From Laetmonice hystrix (Eukaryota): a stretch of DNA of 64,000 nucleotides. The notes below the pieces were generated by a model. That model had not been told where the DNA came from, did not search any database, and was given only the letters and a program-made list of their open reading frames with translations. The stretch is taken from contig OZ249439.1 in NCBI GenBank assembly GCA_965235115.1, positions 5,890,001-5,954,000 of the forward strand. The letters run 5' to 3'. The position numbers and the translations under genes were made by a program. This document shows positions 1 through 12,635 of this stretch, in pieces (the first letter of the stretch is position 1; each line of letters opens with the position of its first letter).

Positions 1-304
1 ACATACCCCAGTGAATCTGATCCTTACCATCGTGCTGAGGGATCAGTTTGAATGTGTACATACCCCAGTGAATCTGATCCTTACCATCCTGCTGAGGGAT
101 CAGTTTGAGTGTATACATACCCCAGTGAATCTGATCCTTGCCATCCTGCTGAGGGATCAGTTTGAGTGTATACATACCCCAGTGAATCTGATCCATCCTG
201 GTGAGGGATCAGTTTGAATGTGTACATACCCCAGTGAATCTGATCCATCCTGCTGAGGGATCAGTTTGAATGTGTATATACCCCAGTGAATCTGATCCTT
301 ACCA
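1..304. repeat. Minisatellite, 57-bp unit (later units 51 bp), ~5.5 copies, runs off the window start
   Basis: ACATACCCCAGTGAATCTGATCC recurs at 1, 58, 115, 172; the unit contains a CTGATCC/GGATCAG inverted pair. Confidence 0.95.
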
Positions 305-1424
305 TGACCCACATACCCTGATGGATGGTTTGATTATGACAGTATAACACCGCCCACACTAGGTGTCAATAACTCTCATAGTAGGATGTTGATCCTTAGA
401 TTAATCTCAACAAACGTCCAGTTGACCTATGACAAGGCAGTACAACACCGACAGGGAGACCGGTAACAATGATTGAGCAGAATTATGAAGAAAGAACAAA
501 AACTGGGGAAACATGATGAGAATTTGAATATGCGCATAAAGGGCATTCATGAATATGATTAATTGGCACCACAATTTATGTTGAGTGTGGTCGTGTCTTT
601 GAGCTCTTTGACTTGTGTCTCAAGTTTAAGAACGACGCTGACATGTTAAAGCTTATTGAAAATGTCAGTGGAAATTAGCCATTATTGCAGGTGGCACGAG
701 TACAAAGCATCTTGACAGCTACAGCATTTGCATAATTAATACGGGAAACCTTTTCTGTCAAGGATAATTCCGTGTGGACAGTGAGTGGAACGATTTGATT
801 AATTTCCTCCGTGGTCTCAGATGAAGGTAGTCGGCCCTCCCGGAATATACCCTTGGATCATCCCAGTCGCCAGGGTCGGAGTCCCTCAATAGGTAGCAGA
901 GTGACGGGCTTACCGGTCAGGATCAATGGATGTTCAACCGGGCTGCAATGGCTTGGACAGAAACCTGGGTGAAAGTCTAACTGAAAACGGAATGGTTCAG
1001 TGGGACCTATTCTTCAGCTCGGACAACTAAACTGGACAAGTATTCAGTTCTATACCGCAAATAAATAATTTTAGATAAGAGATCACTAGTATGTGGTATG
1101 TGTATCTCAGATCTGAGCCAGTCTCCCTACCGGATCGTATCCCCTCTCATACCGTTATCATCGTCATACTTTGGTAGCAAGTTACTAGTACCATTGTAAG
1201 TTATCGCTAGTAAACATTGGCACGTTATGCTATCCCTGCAGGTGATGTATTCATGTTGTCAGGATTTGTTCAGGCCGTAAAACGAGCCAGTTGTGGCTCG
1301 GGTGACAAGAATGAGACTGGCCAGACTGGCAAAAGACTTTACCCTCGTGGTTCCGCCATTCTTCATACTGTCATTGAGGGTCGGCGCTGAGAACCTTTCA
1401 CAATATATCTCAGCAAGCACGGCG

Positions 1425-2183
1425 TGGACTTCCAACCGTTTACATGGCCTCGGCCGGGGAATGGGGGAATTCTACACCTCGTGTCTCCGGGAACATGGAC
1501 TTCCAACCGTTTACATGGCCACGGCCGGGGAATGGGGGAATTCTACACCTCGTGTCTCCGGGAACATGGACTTCCAACCGTTTACATGGCCACGGCCGGG
1601 GAATGGGGGAATTCTACACCTCGTGTCTCCGGGAACATGGACTTCCAACCGTTTACATGGCCACGGCCGGGGAATGGGGGAATTCTACACCTCGTGTCTC
1701 CGGGAACATGGACTTCCAACCGTTTACATGGCCTCGGCCGGGGAATGGGGTAATTCTACAAATCTTGTCTCCGGGAACATGGACTTCCAACCGTTTACAT
1801 GGCCTGGGCCGGGGAATGGGGGAATTCTACACCTCGTGTCTCCGGGAACATGGACTTCCAACCGTTTACATGGCCACGACCGGGGAATGGGGGAATTCTA
1901 CACCTCGTGTCTCCGGGAACATGGACTTCCAACCGTTTACATGGCCTCGGCCGGGGAATGGGGGAATTCTACACCTCGTGTCTCCGGGAGCATGGACTTC
2001 CAACCGTTTACATGGCCTCGGCCGGGGAATGGGGGAATTCTACACCTCGTGTCTCCAGGAACATGGACTTCCAACCGTTTACATGGCCTCGGCCGGGGAA
2101 TGGGGGAATTCTACACCTCGTGTCTCCGGGAACATGGACTTCCAACCGTTTACATGGCCTCGGACGGGGAATGGGGGAATTCT
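1425..2183. repeat. Minisatellite, 71-bp unit, ~10.5 copies
   Basis: GGACTTCCAACCGTTTACATGG recurs every 71 bp (1426, 1497, ...); explains the four overlapping ORFs at 1293-2533. Confidence 0.97.
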
Positions 2184-3502
2184 ATTCTTGTCTCAACCTT
2201 TTTACAGAACCTTGGCTGGGGAATAGGCCTTCTAAATCTCTTGGCCTCTTAAACTGTGAAAACTCTATTAGATTTTTTTTGGTGTCAAGGGGGACCTCAG
2301 TCCTTGCCAGCCGCTCGCCTATAGATGGGCCCCCACACACGTACACAGCGGCTGGCTCGGAGCGCCAACTGATCACTGTACACGGGACCAGTGGCGTGTG
2401 GTCTCAGCCACCGATACATGTAGACAAGGATTTCAAGGTGGGAAAGTGGCCACTTCATCATGAATCTGTTAGGATTACTAATTACCAATCAACTTTGGAA
2501 TTTAACGAGTACGTTACACTGCGTACCAGATGATTGCTCACACTTAACAAGGATTCAAAGGTCTGGATTTATTACAGTGACTGCAAGGCAGCGACGTTCA
2601 CTGAGCTGAGCGCAATGGGTAGGCCGTTAATTGATAGATTCTGAGATAGGACGTAGAAATGGGAGGATCGGCAGGGTTAACACGAGCTCAGTGGTGAAGT
2701 ATTTAAACTGGCCATCAGCAGAACGCCCGACTACCAGATAACTGGGCTTGGCAATATGCTGAAGGCAGGTCAGTGATTAGGTTCAGCCGACAGCGCAATG
2801 AACGTGGCAACTTTTCGTACCGCTTCATCTGACTAGTAATTATACCACTTGGACGCCGTGCTGTGGAGACTTCATTAGATTTTAAGGCAAGTCGTCATCA
2901 TTTCCTGGGGTTTAGCCGAGATTTCATGGCGAGTAGCCGCATGTATAAATTGACTTATTACTCACACATGTCGAAATGTATTACTAATGATATCTCCCCA
3001 AGGCATGTCGTAACAGGGGAGAATTTGTCATATTGAAGACCAGGGCTGGTTACTCGAACACGTCAGGACCGTCAAGTGCCCCCTGGTGGAGAGGAAAGAC
3101 AAGTCCTGCCCAAGCCGAGCCTGATTTAGCAGGCGTCAGAAGCGTTAACAGAGAATCGTACATAATGTAATATTTCCGTCGGTCTAGTGCGGCTGTTCGA
3201 CATGAGTTGTTTAATTCATGGTACGTGCAGATTGACATTGCAGGTTTTGTTCATGATGACGTGTTGTACCATGTTTCTATGTAAAGTGCTGAACCCACCA
3301 AGGCGTTTCCCCTTGCGACGCCCATGCGATTTTGACATCACCCTTTTATTTTACTGTAATTTTGAGATTAAAGGATGGAACCCATTTCCTGAAACGGAGA
3401 AGGCCAGCCAGGAAAAAATTCAGAGTGAAATTCCACCATTAAATCAAAAACCGCCTGGCCGTCGCAAGTGGAATCGCCTTGGTGGGTTTAGCACTTAACC
3501 CT

Positions 3503-6047
3503 ATCTCCCCGCAGTCTCACACCTCCACCCACCAGTTAAAGACATGGTGTTAGGAACATGTCACCGACCTGCACATGATATCCCCGCGGTCTCACACCTC
3601 CACCCACCAGTTAAAGACATGGTGTTAGGAACATGTCACCGACCTGCACAGGATCTCCCCGCGGTCTCACACCTCCACCCACCAGTTAAAGACATGGTGT
3701 TAGGAACATGTCACCGACCTGCACATGATATCCCCGCGGTCTCACACCTCCACCCACCAGTTAAAGACATGGTGTTAGACACATGTCACCGACCTGCACA
3801 GGATCTCCCCGCAGTCTCACACCTCCACCCACCAGTTAAAGACATGATGTTAGAAACATGTCACCGACCTGCACAGGATCTCCCCGCGGTCTCACACCTC
3901 CACCCACCAGTTAAAGACATGGTGTTAGGAACATGTCACCGACCTGCACAGGATCTCCCCGCGGTCTCACACCTCCACCCACCAGTTAAAGACATGGTGT
4001 TAGGAACATGTCACCGACCTGCACAGGATCTCCCCGCAGTGTCACACCTCCACCCACCGGTTAAAGATATGGTGTTAGGAACATGTCACCGACCTGCACA
4101 TGAATCTATCTCCCCGCAGTCTCACACCTCCACCCACCAGTTAAAGACATGGTGTTAGAAACATGTCACCGACCTGCACATGATCTCCCCGCGGTCTCAC
4201 ACCTCCACCCACCAGTTAAAGACATGGTGTTAGGAACATGTCACCGACCTGCACAGGATCTCCCCGCGGTCTCACACCTCCACCCACCAGTTAAAGACAT
4301 GGTGTTAGGAACATGTCACCGACCTGCACAGGATCTCCCCGCAGTGTCACACCTCCACCCACCGGTTAAAGATATGGTGTTAGGAACATGTCACCGACCT
4401 GCACAGGATCTCCCCGCGGTCTCACACCTCCACCCAACAGTTAAAGGCATGGTGTTAGGAACATGTCACCGACCTGCACAGGATCTCCCCGCGGTCTCAC
4501 ACCTCCACCCAACAGTTAAAGGCATGGTGTTAGGAACATGTCACCGACCTGCACAGGATCTCCCCGCGGTCTCACACCTCCACCCACCGGTTAAAGACAT
4601 GGTGTTAGAAACATGTCACCGACCTGCACAGGATCTCCCCGCGGTCTCACACCTCCACCCACCAGTTAAAGACATGGTGTTAGGAACATGTCACCGACCT
4701 GCACAGGATCTCCCCGCGGTCTCACACCTCCACCCACCAGTTAAAGGCATGGTGTTAGGAACATGTCACCGACCTGCACAGGATCTCCCCGCGGTCTCAC
4801 ACCTCCACCCACCAGTTAAAGACATGGTGTTAGGAACATGTCACCGACCTGCACAGGATCTCCCCGCGGTCTCACACCTCCACCCACTAGTTAAAGACAT
4901 GGTGTTAGACACATGTCACCGACCTGCACAGGATCTCCCCGCAGTCTCACACCTCCACCCACCAGTTAAAGACATGGTGTTAGGAACATGTCACCGACCT
5001 GCACAGGATCTCCCCGCGGTCTCACACCTCCACCCACCAGTTAAAGACATGGTGTTAGGAACATGTCACCGACCTGCACAGGATCTCCCCGCGGTCTCAC
5101 ACCTCCACCCACCAGTTAAAGACATGGTGTTAGGAACATGTCACCGACCTGCACAGGATCTCCCCGCGGTCTCACACCTCCACCCACCAGTTAAAGATAT
5201 GGTGTTAGGAACATGTCACCGACCTGCACAGGATCTCCCCGCGGTCTCACACCTCCACCCATCAGTTAAAGGCATGGTGTTAGGAACATGTCACCGACCT
5301 GCACAGGATCTCCCCGCAGTCTCACACCTCCACCCACCAGTTAAAGACATGGTGTTAGGAACATGTCACCGACCTGCACAGGATCTCCCCGCGGTCTCAC
5401 ACCTCCACCCATCAGTTAAAGACATGGTGTTAGGAACATGTCACCGACCTGCACAGGATCTCCCCGCGGTCTCACACCTCCACCCATCAGTTAAAGACAT
5501 GGTGTTAGGAACATGTCACCGACCTGCACAGGATCTCCCCGCGGTCTCACACCTCCACCCACCAGATAAAGGCATGGTGTTAGGAACATGTCACCGACCT
5601 GCACAGGATCTCCCCGCGGTCTCACACCTCCACCCACCAGTTAAAGACATGGTGTTAGGAACATGTCACCGACCTGCACAGGATCTCCCCGCAGTCTCAC
5701 ACCTCCACCCACCAGTTAAAGACATGGTGTTAGGAACATGTCACCGACCTGCACAGGATCTCCCCGCGGTCTCACACCTCCACCCACCAGTTAAAGACAT
5801 GGTGTTAGAAACATGTCACCGACCTGCACAGGATCTCCCCGCGGTCTCACACCTCCACCCACCAGTTAAAGGCATGGTGTTAGGAACATGTCACCGACCT
5901 GCACAGTAATCTATCTCCCCGCGGTCACACACCTCCACCCATCAGTAGGAACATGTCACCGACCTGCACAGGATCTTCCCGCAGTCTCACACCTCCACCC
6001 ATCAGTTAAAGACATGTTGTTAGAAACATGTCACCGACCTGCACAGG
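3503..6047. repeat. Minisatellite, 75-bp unit, ~34 copies
   Basis: ATCTCCCCGCGGTCTCACACCTCCACCCACCAGTTAAAGACATGG... unit; reads as a 25-aa repeat in the ORF track with a frame break at ~4103. Confidence 0.98.
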
Positions 6048-6252
6048 AATCATAGACTGATAGCAGCCGTAAGTCAGTTTCTCTGTCTCAAACAGCGAGT
6101 GTATGAAGTAGTTGGGGAATTCTGAGCGGAAATTATAACGTGTTAAAGGCGCTGTGTCGAGGGCGTGTAACCCAGATTAAGTATCGCGAATAACAAGCCA
6201 GAATTTCAATGGATGAAACTGTTAACAGTTTAGATCCGTTGTTGTTGTGTGT

Positions 6253-6293
6253 GATAGAGAGATAGAGAGAGATAGAGAGATAGAGAGAGAGAT
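6253..6293. repeat. GATA/GA compound microsatellite
   Basis: gatagagagatagagagagatagagagatagagagagagat. Confidence 0.85.
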
Positions 6294-6756
6294 GTTCAAG
6301 GAACACTCTCTAAGTGGTTATAATGAAAGGGACGTTTAAAGTGAAAACTCAAGGTGTACAGGCATTTAAAGGTCAGAATGTAAAACGTGTGAAACCTGGG
6401 ACGCACTCGCTAAAAGAACAACGGTTGAAGGTGGCAATAGAATGATATTCGCTGTTGGCATGACTACTGAATTACATGATGAAAGCGCCACATACATTTG
6501 ATGTTGGCGCTGCCCTAATTGGCCATGGATTGGGCGGCGCAGTGTTCACGATGGGTAGGATTGGAAAGAATGGGAGGTGCTCAAGGCAGAGGTGCTCAAC
6601 CCCAGTGTAATCCAAGGTTCCTTCCGACAGCCGACTAATGGAAGCGGCATCAAAGGCAGCAAATTGGTCTCTGATTGTCTACTTCACAGAGAAAATATGT
6701 TGTTTTCATTGTCGTGGGGATATTGTGCGGGTCAGGGAAAGGGCAGAGAAGCAACG

Positions 6757-7113
6757 GGTAAAACATCCGCGCTCAGAAGGTAAAACATCCGCGCTCAGAA
6801 GGTAAAACATCCGCGCTCAGAAGGTAAAACATCCGCGCTCAGAAGGTAAAACATCCGCGCTCACAAGGTAAAACATCCGCGCTCAGAAGGTAAAACATCC
6901 GCGCTCACAAGGTAAAACATCCGCGCTCAGAAGGTAAAACATCCGCGCTCAGAAGGTAAAACATCCGCGCTCAGAAGGTAAAACATCCGCGCTCAGAAGG
7001 TAAAACATCCGCGCTCAGAAGGTAAAACATCCGCGCTCACAAGGTAAAACATCCGCGCTCAGAAGGTAAAACATCCGCGCTCACAAGGTAAAACATCCGC
7101 GCTCAGAAGGTAA
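6757..7113. repeat. Minisatellite, 22-bp unit, ~16 copies
   Basis: GGTAAAACATCCGCGCTCA(G/C)AA tandem copies. Confidence 0.97.
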
Positions 7114-7270
7114 ATGTCACTTCGGCTCTTATTGATTTTAAATGACTTGTTTTTAATTTCCAACATTGACTGTATACAGTAATAAAGACTGCTAGACAGC
7201 ATTCATCGTAACCATAATGGTGATTTGTGTACTGACTGGGGCTGAGCTCGGATGTGGGGCAAAGATGGGG

Positions 7271-7380
7271 TACCAACCAATCAGCTGACCTACCCTCCAA
7301 CCAATCAACCGTCCTACCAACCAATCAGCTGACCTACCCACCAACCAATCAACCGTCCTACCAACCAATCAACCAACCAA
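7271..7380. repeat. Degenerate CCAA-rich tandem repeat (46-bp dimer plus tail) with five AACCAATCA motifs
   Basis: TACCAACCAATCAGCTGACCTACCC.CCAACCAATCAACCGTCC twice, then decays into (CCAA)n. Confidence 0.8.
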
Positions 7381-8082
7381 ATACCAGCCAAGAGTTGTCT
7401 TAATTAACGAACTGGTCCTTGTAACACACAAAAACATGCTGCTGTCTGCAGATGTTAGTTTTTGTAAGTTTCCTTCAAGACGACCTAAACTGGCGCATGA
7501 ACCCCTCAGGACCAGAGTCCTCTAATTGCGTTTACAGTCTGCAACGGGAGAAAATGGTTTCTGCAGGCACGTCAAAGACCATGCTGAGTGCAGTCCAGCA
7601 GTGTCTGACTTTCGTGTGCTAATGTGTTGGATATGTACTAAAAGAATCACTTGCGAACATACCTAAAGTGGCGATTCCTATAACAAGTAACTGAGGAGGA
7701 AATAAAATGGTGCCATGCCTATAGATAGAAGGTGATTGGGTTACCCAGGGACCAGTGTTCTCTCCCATGTAGTACACTGTACATCCCAGTGTTGCCTGCA
7801 TCAAACTGACAATTATCCATACTACTTACTTCTGCTCGGTCTACTCGTACTACTTACTTCTGCTCGGCGTACCCGAGTCTGACGAGAAGATTGTGAAAGT
7901 GGTGCCTTGGGAAGAGACTGGTGATCTTAAATGTTCTGTAATCCCCGCGGCTGAACACTCTGTGCAGTATAATCCCACTTCACATCGATCTTATCCTACT
8001 CAGTTTGCTCCAATCTCATGTGAGATCTAAGAAACCGTGGCACCACCACACAATCCGCGGCACCATTCCGTGTAGTGAAACA

Positions 8083-9158
8083 GTCATTGTGGCGATGGTA
8101 GTACTCCCTCGTAGTGTCATTGTGGCGATAGTAGTACTCCCTCGTAGTGTCATTGTGGCGATGGTAGTACTCCCTCGTAGTGTCATTGTGGCGATGGTAG
8201 TACTCCCTCGTAGTGTCATTGTGGCGATGGTAGTACTCGGCAGACCTCGTAGTGTCATTGTGGCGATGGTAGTACTCGGCAGACCTCGTAGTGTCATTGT
8301 GGCGATGGTAGTACTCGGCAGACCTCGTAGTGTCATTGTTGTGACGGTAGTACTCGGCAGACCTTGTAGTGTCATTGTGGCGATGGTAGTACTCCCTCGT
8401 AGTGTCATTGTGGCGATGGTAGTACTCGGCAGACCTCGTGGTGTCATTGTGGCGATGGTAGTACTCCCTCGTAGTGTCATTGTGGCGATGGTAGTACTCG
8501 ACAGACCTCGTAGTGTCATTGTGGCGATGGTAGTACTCGGCAGACCTCGTAGTGTCATTGTTGTGACGGTAGTACTCCCTCGTAGTGTCATTGTGGCGAT
8601 GGTAGTACTCGGCAGACCTTGTAGTGTCATTGTTGTGACGGTAGTACTCCCTTGTAGTGTCATTGTGGCGATGGTAGTACTCGGCAGACCTTGTAGTGTC
8701 ATTGTGGCGATGGTAGTACTCCCTTGTAGTGTCATTGTGGCGATGGTAGTACTCGGCAGACCTTGTAGTGTCATTGTGGCGATGGTAGTACTCCCTCGTA
8801 GTGTCATTGTGGCGATGGTAGTACTCGGCATACCTCGTAGTGTCATTGTGGCGATAGTAGTACTCGGCAGACCTCGTAGTGTCATTGTGGCGATGGTAGT
8901 ACTCGGCAGACCTCGTAGTGTCATTGTGGCGATGGTAGTACTCGGCAGACCTCGTAGTGTCATTGTGGCGATGGTAGTACTCGGCAGACCTCGTAGTGTC
9001 ATTGTGGCGACGGTAGTACTCGGCAGACCTTGTAGTGTCATTGTTGTGATGGTAGTACTTGGCAGACCTCGTAGTGTCATTGTTGTGACGGTAGTACTCG
9101 GCAGACCTCGTAGTGTCATTGTAGCGATGGTAGTACTTGGCAGACCTCGTAGTGTCAT
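8083..9158. repeat. Minisatellite, mixed 33/39-bp units, ~29 copies
   Basis: CGTAGTGTCATTGTGGCGATGGTAGTACTC followed by CCT or GGCAGACCT. Confidence 0.97.
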
Positions 9159-9603
9159 ATGAATATCATAAGATATAGCAGAGGAAAGTTAAGGCACGTT
9201 TACCAATAGACCCGTGCTGATTCCACTACCATACTCAATAGACCCGTGTTGATTCCACTACCATACTCAATAGTAGCCAACCTACTCGGCATTGGATCGG
9301 GAATGAAGTAGTATAGGAAAATGTGAGTTTTTCTCGGGCTATCGTTTTTCTCGGGCTATCGTGAAAGGTTGCCAGATTCGGATGCTACGTGCACATTGCA
9401 ACTTGTTTCAAATATTCTTTTACCAACACCTACAAATTGATTTCATCATTCAATAATATGGTTATAATGGTGAAGTTGATCATGTTGTAGTTGTTTCACG
9501 GCACCTGATGACGATAATAAGTCCCCCAGACCTGACAGTCCTGAGAGAGGCCATGCCTCAATCCACAACCTGTCAGTGTATAAGAAATGTTCAGGAATCT
9601 TAA

Positions 9604-9929
9604 AGTCCAGCAGAGATCAAAATTAACATAAAATTTAGTGCCAGATCTTGATGATACATGTAATTTGTTGTTGTTTAACTTAAAGGAGCGGTTATTGTAC
9701 AAGAACATGAACTGTGGGTAAGCTGTTTTAAAGACCAATTCCCCTGATGACGTCATCAGGGGCAAAGGTAAAGAATAGGCGGGGTGAGACTGTGATGTGG
9801 CAGGCGATTCGAATTTTTATTTTTTTTCTAAATTGAGAGGACTTCTCAGACAACTTATCAGGGACACGTCTACAAATCAAAGTGCTCTATCTAGATCAGT
9901 AAAGTTACCTATGTGATGTCAGTTGCACT
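9604..9929. mobile_element. Possible degenerate Kolobok-like MITE (TTAA flanks) with a central perfect palindrome
   Basis: TTAA at 9600-9603 and 9930-9933; ends TTAAAGTCCAGCAGAG vs rc TTAAAGTGCAACTGAC (12/16); 22-bp palindrome at 9741-9762. Confidence 0.3.
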
Positions 9930-10323
9930 TTAAGGAAACTCAGCTGTATTATGAAACCATAGGACCTTCACTCGCCTTAACTTGTTTGTAGTAGTACATA
10001 ATTGATGGGAGATAATGTAAGTTTGAATAGTTTCGATATAAGGACTACAACATATCGACGTCGTGGTGAAGTTGATTCCCTCCAGTATTAATATACAATC
10101 AGTTTCCACGATTCACAGATGTGTTAGAGCGGATGAAGCTAATGTTTCAAAGTTTCCCAGTGCAAGCTGTGTTAACAAGATAACCTACACTTGGAATGAT
10201 TGATTATCCCTCAAGCCAGGAGCCATGTTTTCTTCTACTCCTGAGCAGATTTCGTCTCTGTCACCTGAATGGTTCAATGTCAACTCAAGAAGAAGTTGTG
10301 TTTCCATTTTTTAACCTGTCGCC

Positions 10324-11923
10324 CAGACGCTGCGCTCGGAGCCACTCTGTACACCGCCAGCTGACTCCGAACTGCAGTCAGACTCTGTGCTCGGAGCCAC
10401 TCTGTACACCGCCAGCTGACTCCGAACTGCAGTCAGACCCTGTGCTGGGAGCCACTCTGTACACCGCCAGCTGACTCCGAGCTGCAATCAGACGCTGGGC
10501 TGGGAGCCACTCTGTACACCGCCAGCTGACTCCGAGCTGCAGTCAGACGCTGTGCTCGGAGCCACTCTGTACACCGCCAGCTGACTCCGAACTGCAGTCA
10601 GACGCTGCGCTCGGAGCCACTCTGTACACCGCCAGCTGACTCCGTACTGCAGTCAGACGCTGTGCTGGGAGCCACTCTGTACACCGCCATCTGACTCCGA
10701 ACTGCAGTCAGACGCTGTGCTCGGAACCACTCTGTACACCGCCAGCTGACTCCGAGCTGCAGTCAGACGCTGTGCTCGGAGCCACTCTGTACACCGCCAG
10801 CTGACTCCGAACTGCAGTCAGACGCTGTGCTGGGAGCCACTCTGTACACCGCCAGCTGACTTCGAACTGCAGTCAGACGCTGCGCTCGGAGCCACTCTGT
10901 ACATCGCCAGCTGACTCCGAACTGCAGTCAGACGCTGTGCTCGGAGCCACTCTGTACACCGCCAGCTGACTCCGAGCTGCAGTCAGACGCTGTGCTCGGA
11001 ACCACTCTGTACACCGCCAGCTGACTCCGAACTGCAGTCAGACGCTGCGCTCGGAACCACTCTGTACACCGCCAGCTGACTCCGAACTGCAGTCAGACGC
11101 TGCGCTCGGAGCCACTCTGTACACCGCCAGCTGACTCCGAACTGCAGTCAGACGCTGTGCTCGGAGCCACTCTGTACACCGCCAGCTGACTCCGAACTGC
11201 AGTCAGACGCTGCGCTCGGAACCACTCTGTACACCGCCAGCTGACTCCGAGCTGCAGTCAGACGCTGTGCTGGGAGCCACTCTGTACAACGCCAGCTGAC
11301 TCCGAACTGCAGTCAGACGCTGTGCTGGGAGCCACTCTGTACACCGCCAGCTGACTCCGAACTGCAGTCAGACTCTGCGCTCGGAGCCACTCTGTACACC
11401 GCCAGCTGACTCCGAACTGCAGTCAGACGCTGTGCTCGGAGCCACTCTGTACACCGCCAGCTGACTCCGAACTGCAGTCAGACGCTGTGCTGGGAGCCAC
11501 TCTGTACACCGCCAGCTGACTCCGAACTGCAGTCAGACGCTGTGCTGGGAGCCACTCTGTACACCGCCAGCTGACTTCGAACTGCAGTCAGACGCTGCGC
11601 TCGGAGCCACTCTGTACATCGCCAGCTGACTCCGAACTGCAGTCAGACGCTGTGCTGGGAGCCACTCTGTACACCGCCAGCTGACTTCGAACTGCAGTCA
11701 GACGCTGTGCTGGGAGCCACTCTGTACACCGCCAGCTGACTCCGAACTGCAGTCAGACGCTGTGCTGGGAGCCACTCTGTACCGCCAGCTGACTCCGAAC
11801 TGCAGTCAGACGCCGTGCTGGGAGCCACTCTGTACACCGCCAGCTGACTCCGAACTGCAGTCAGACGCTGCGCTCGGAGCCACTCTGTACACCGCCAGCT
11901 GCAGTCAGACTGCAGTCAGACTG
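10324..11923. repeat. Minisatellite, 55-bp unit, ~29 copies
   Basis: CAGACGCTGTGCTCGGAGCCACTCTGTACACCGCCAGCTGACTCCGAACTGCAGT tandem. Confidence 0.97.
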
Positions 11924-12635
11924 TAACAAGAAAAGTTTTGATATTTCCATCCAGCGATATTACAGCAGACCTATCGTGACGTGTTTAGCGTCAGACGCCG
12001 GCCACCAAGTAAAGTAAGAGACGATCAGGAGGTGGCTGTCACAGAGACAGATGGCGGGAATGATCTATCCCATCCCTCCATCTGTGTCGGAACTCGTATG
12101 AATGTGATTCGACCCGATGCCCTAGACCTGTGTATATTCAGAATGGTCTTCGATGTACCGGTAGACAATATCATGGCATGTCTTAACTGTACAACATTAC
12201 CGAACTAAACCCAACCAATCCGGCTTCACTTACAGCCCGACATATACAATATGACCAAAGTGGCAATTCATGATGAAAACTACCTCGTGCCATTTCCATG
12301 GAAGAGTATTATATTGATTGCTCACGACTGGCGTGCAATATACCACACAATTCATTCTTAGGTTAGACAAATAGCGACTTTATCTGATGGATGATGAGGT
12401 TTTTTTCTTTAGGTGGTTGTCTCTGGTCTCAATTTACAATAACTTTTCTAATAACACTCGTTCATTTTGTATTTTGGATTTGTCAGCTACACCTCTCACA
12501 TACAGCAATACGAAGATTTCATATTTCATATGTGGCATAGATTTTCGACAGTTCAATCATTTTCCTAAGGAAATGGGAATGAATAACTTCCTTGCCTGTT
12601 CTTACAAGTGTTGAATATATCATAGATAATTTAAA

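Noticed and set aside
1293-5909. Long ORFs of 200-590 aa in the 71-bp and 75-bp arrays
   Set aside because: They are translations of stop-free tandem units; several frames are open at once, a frameshift lies at ~4103, and there are no domains or splice structure.
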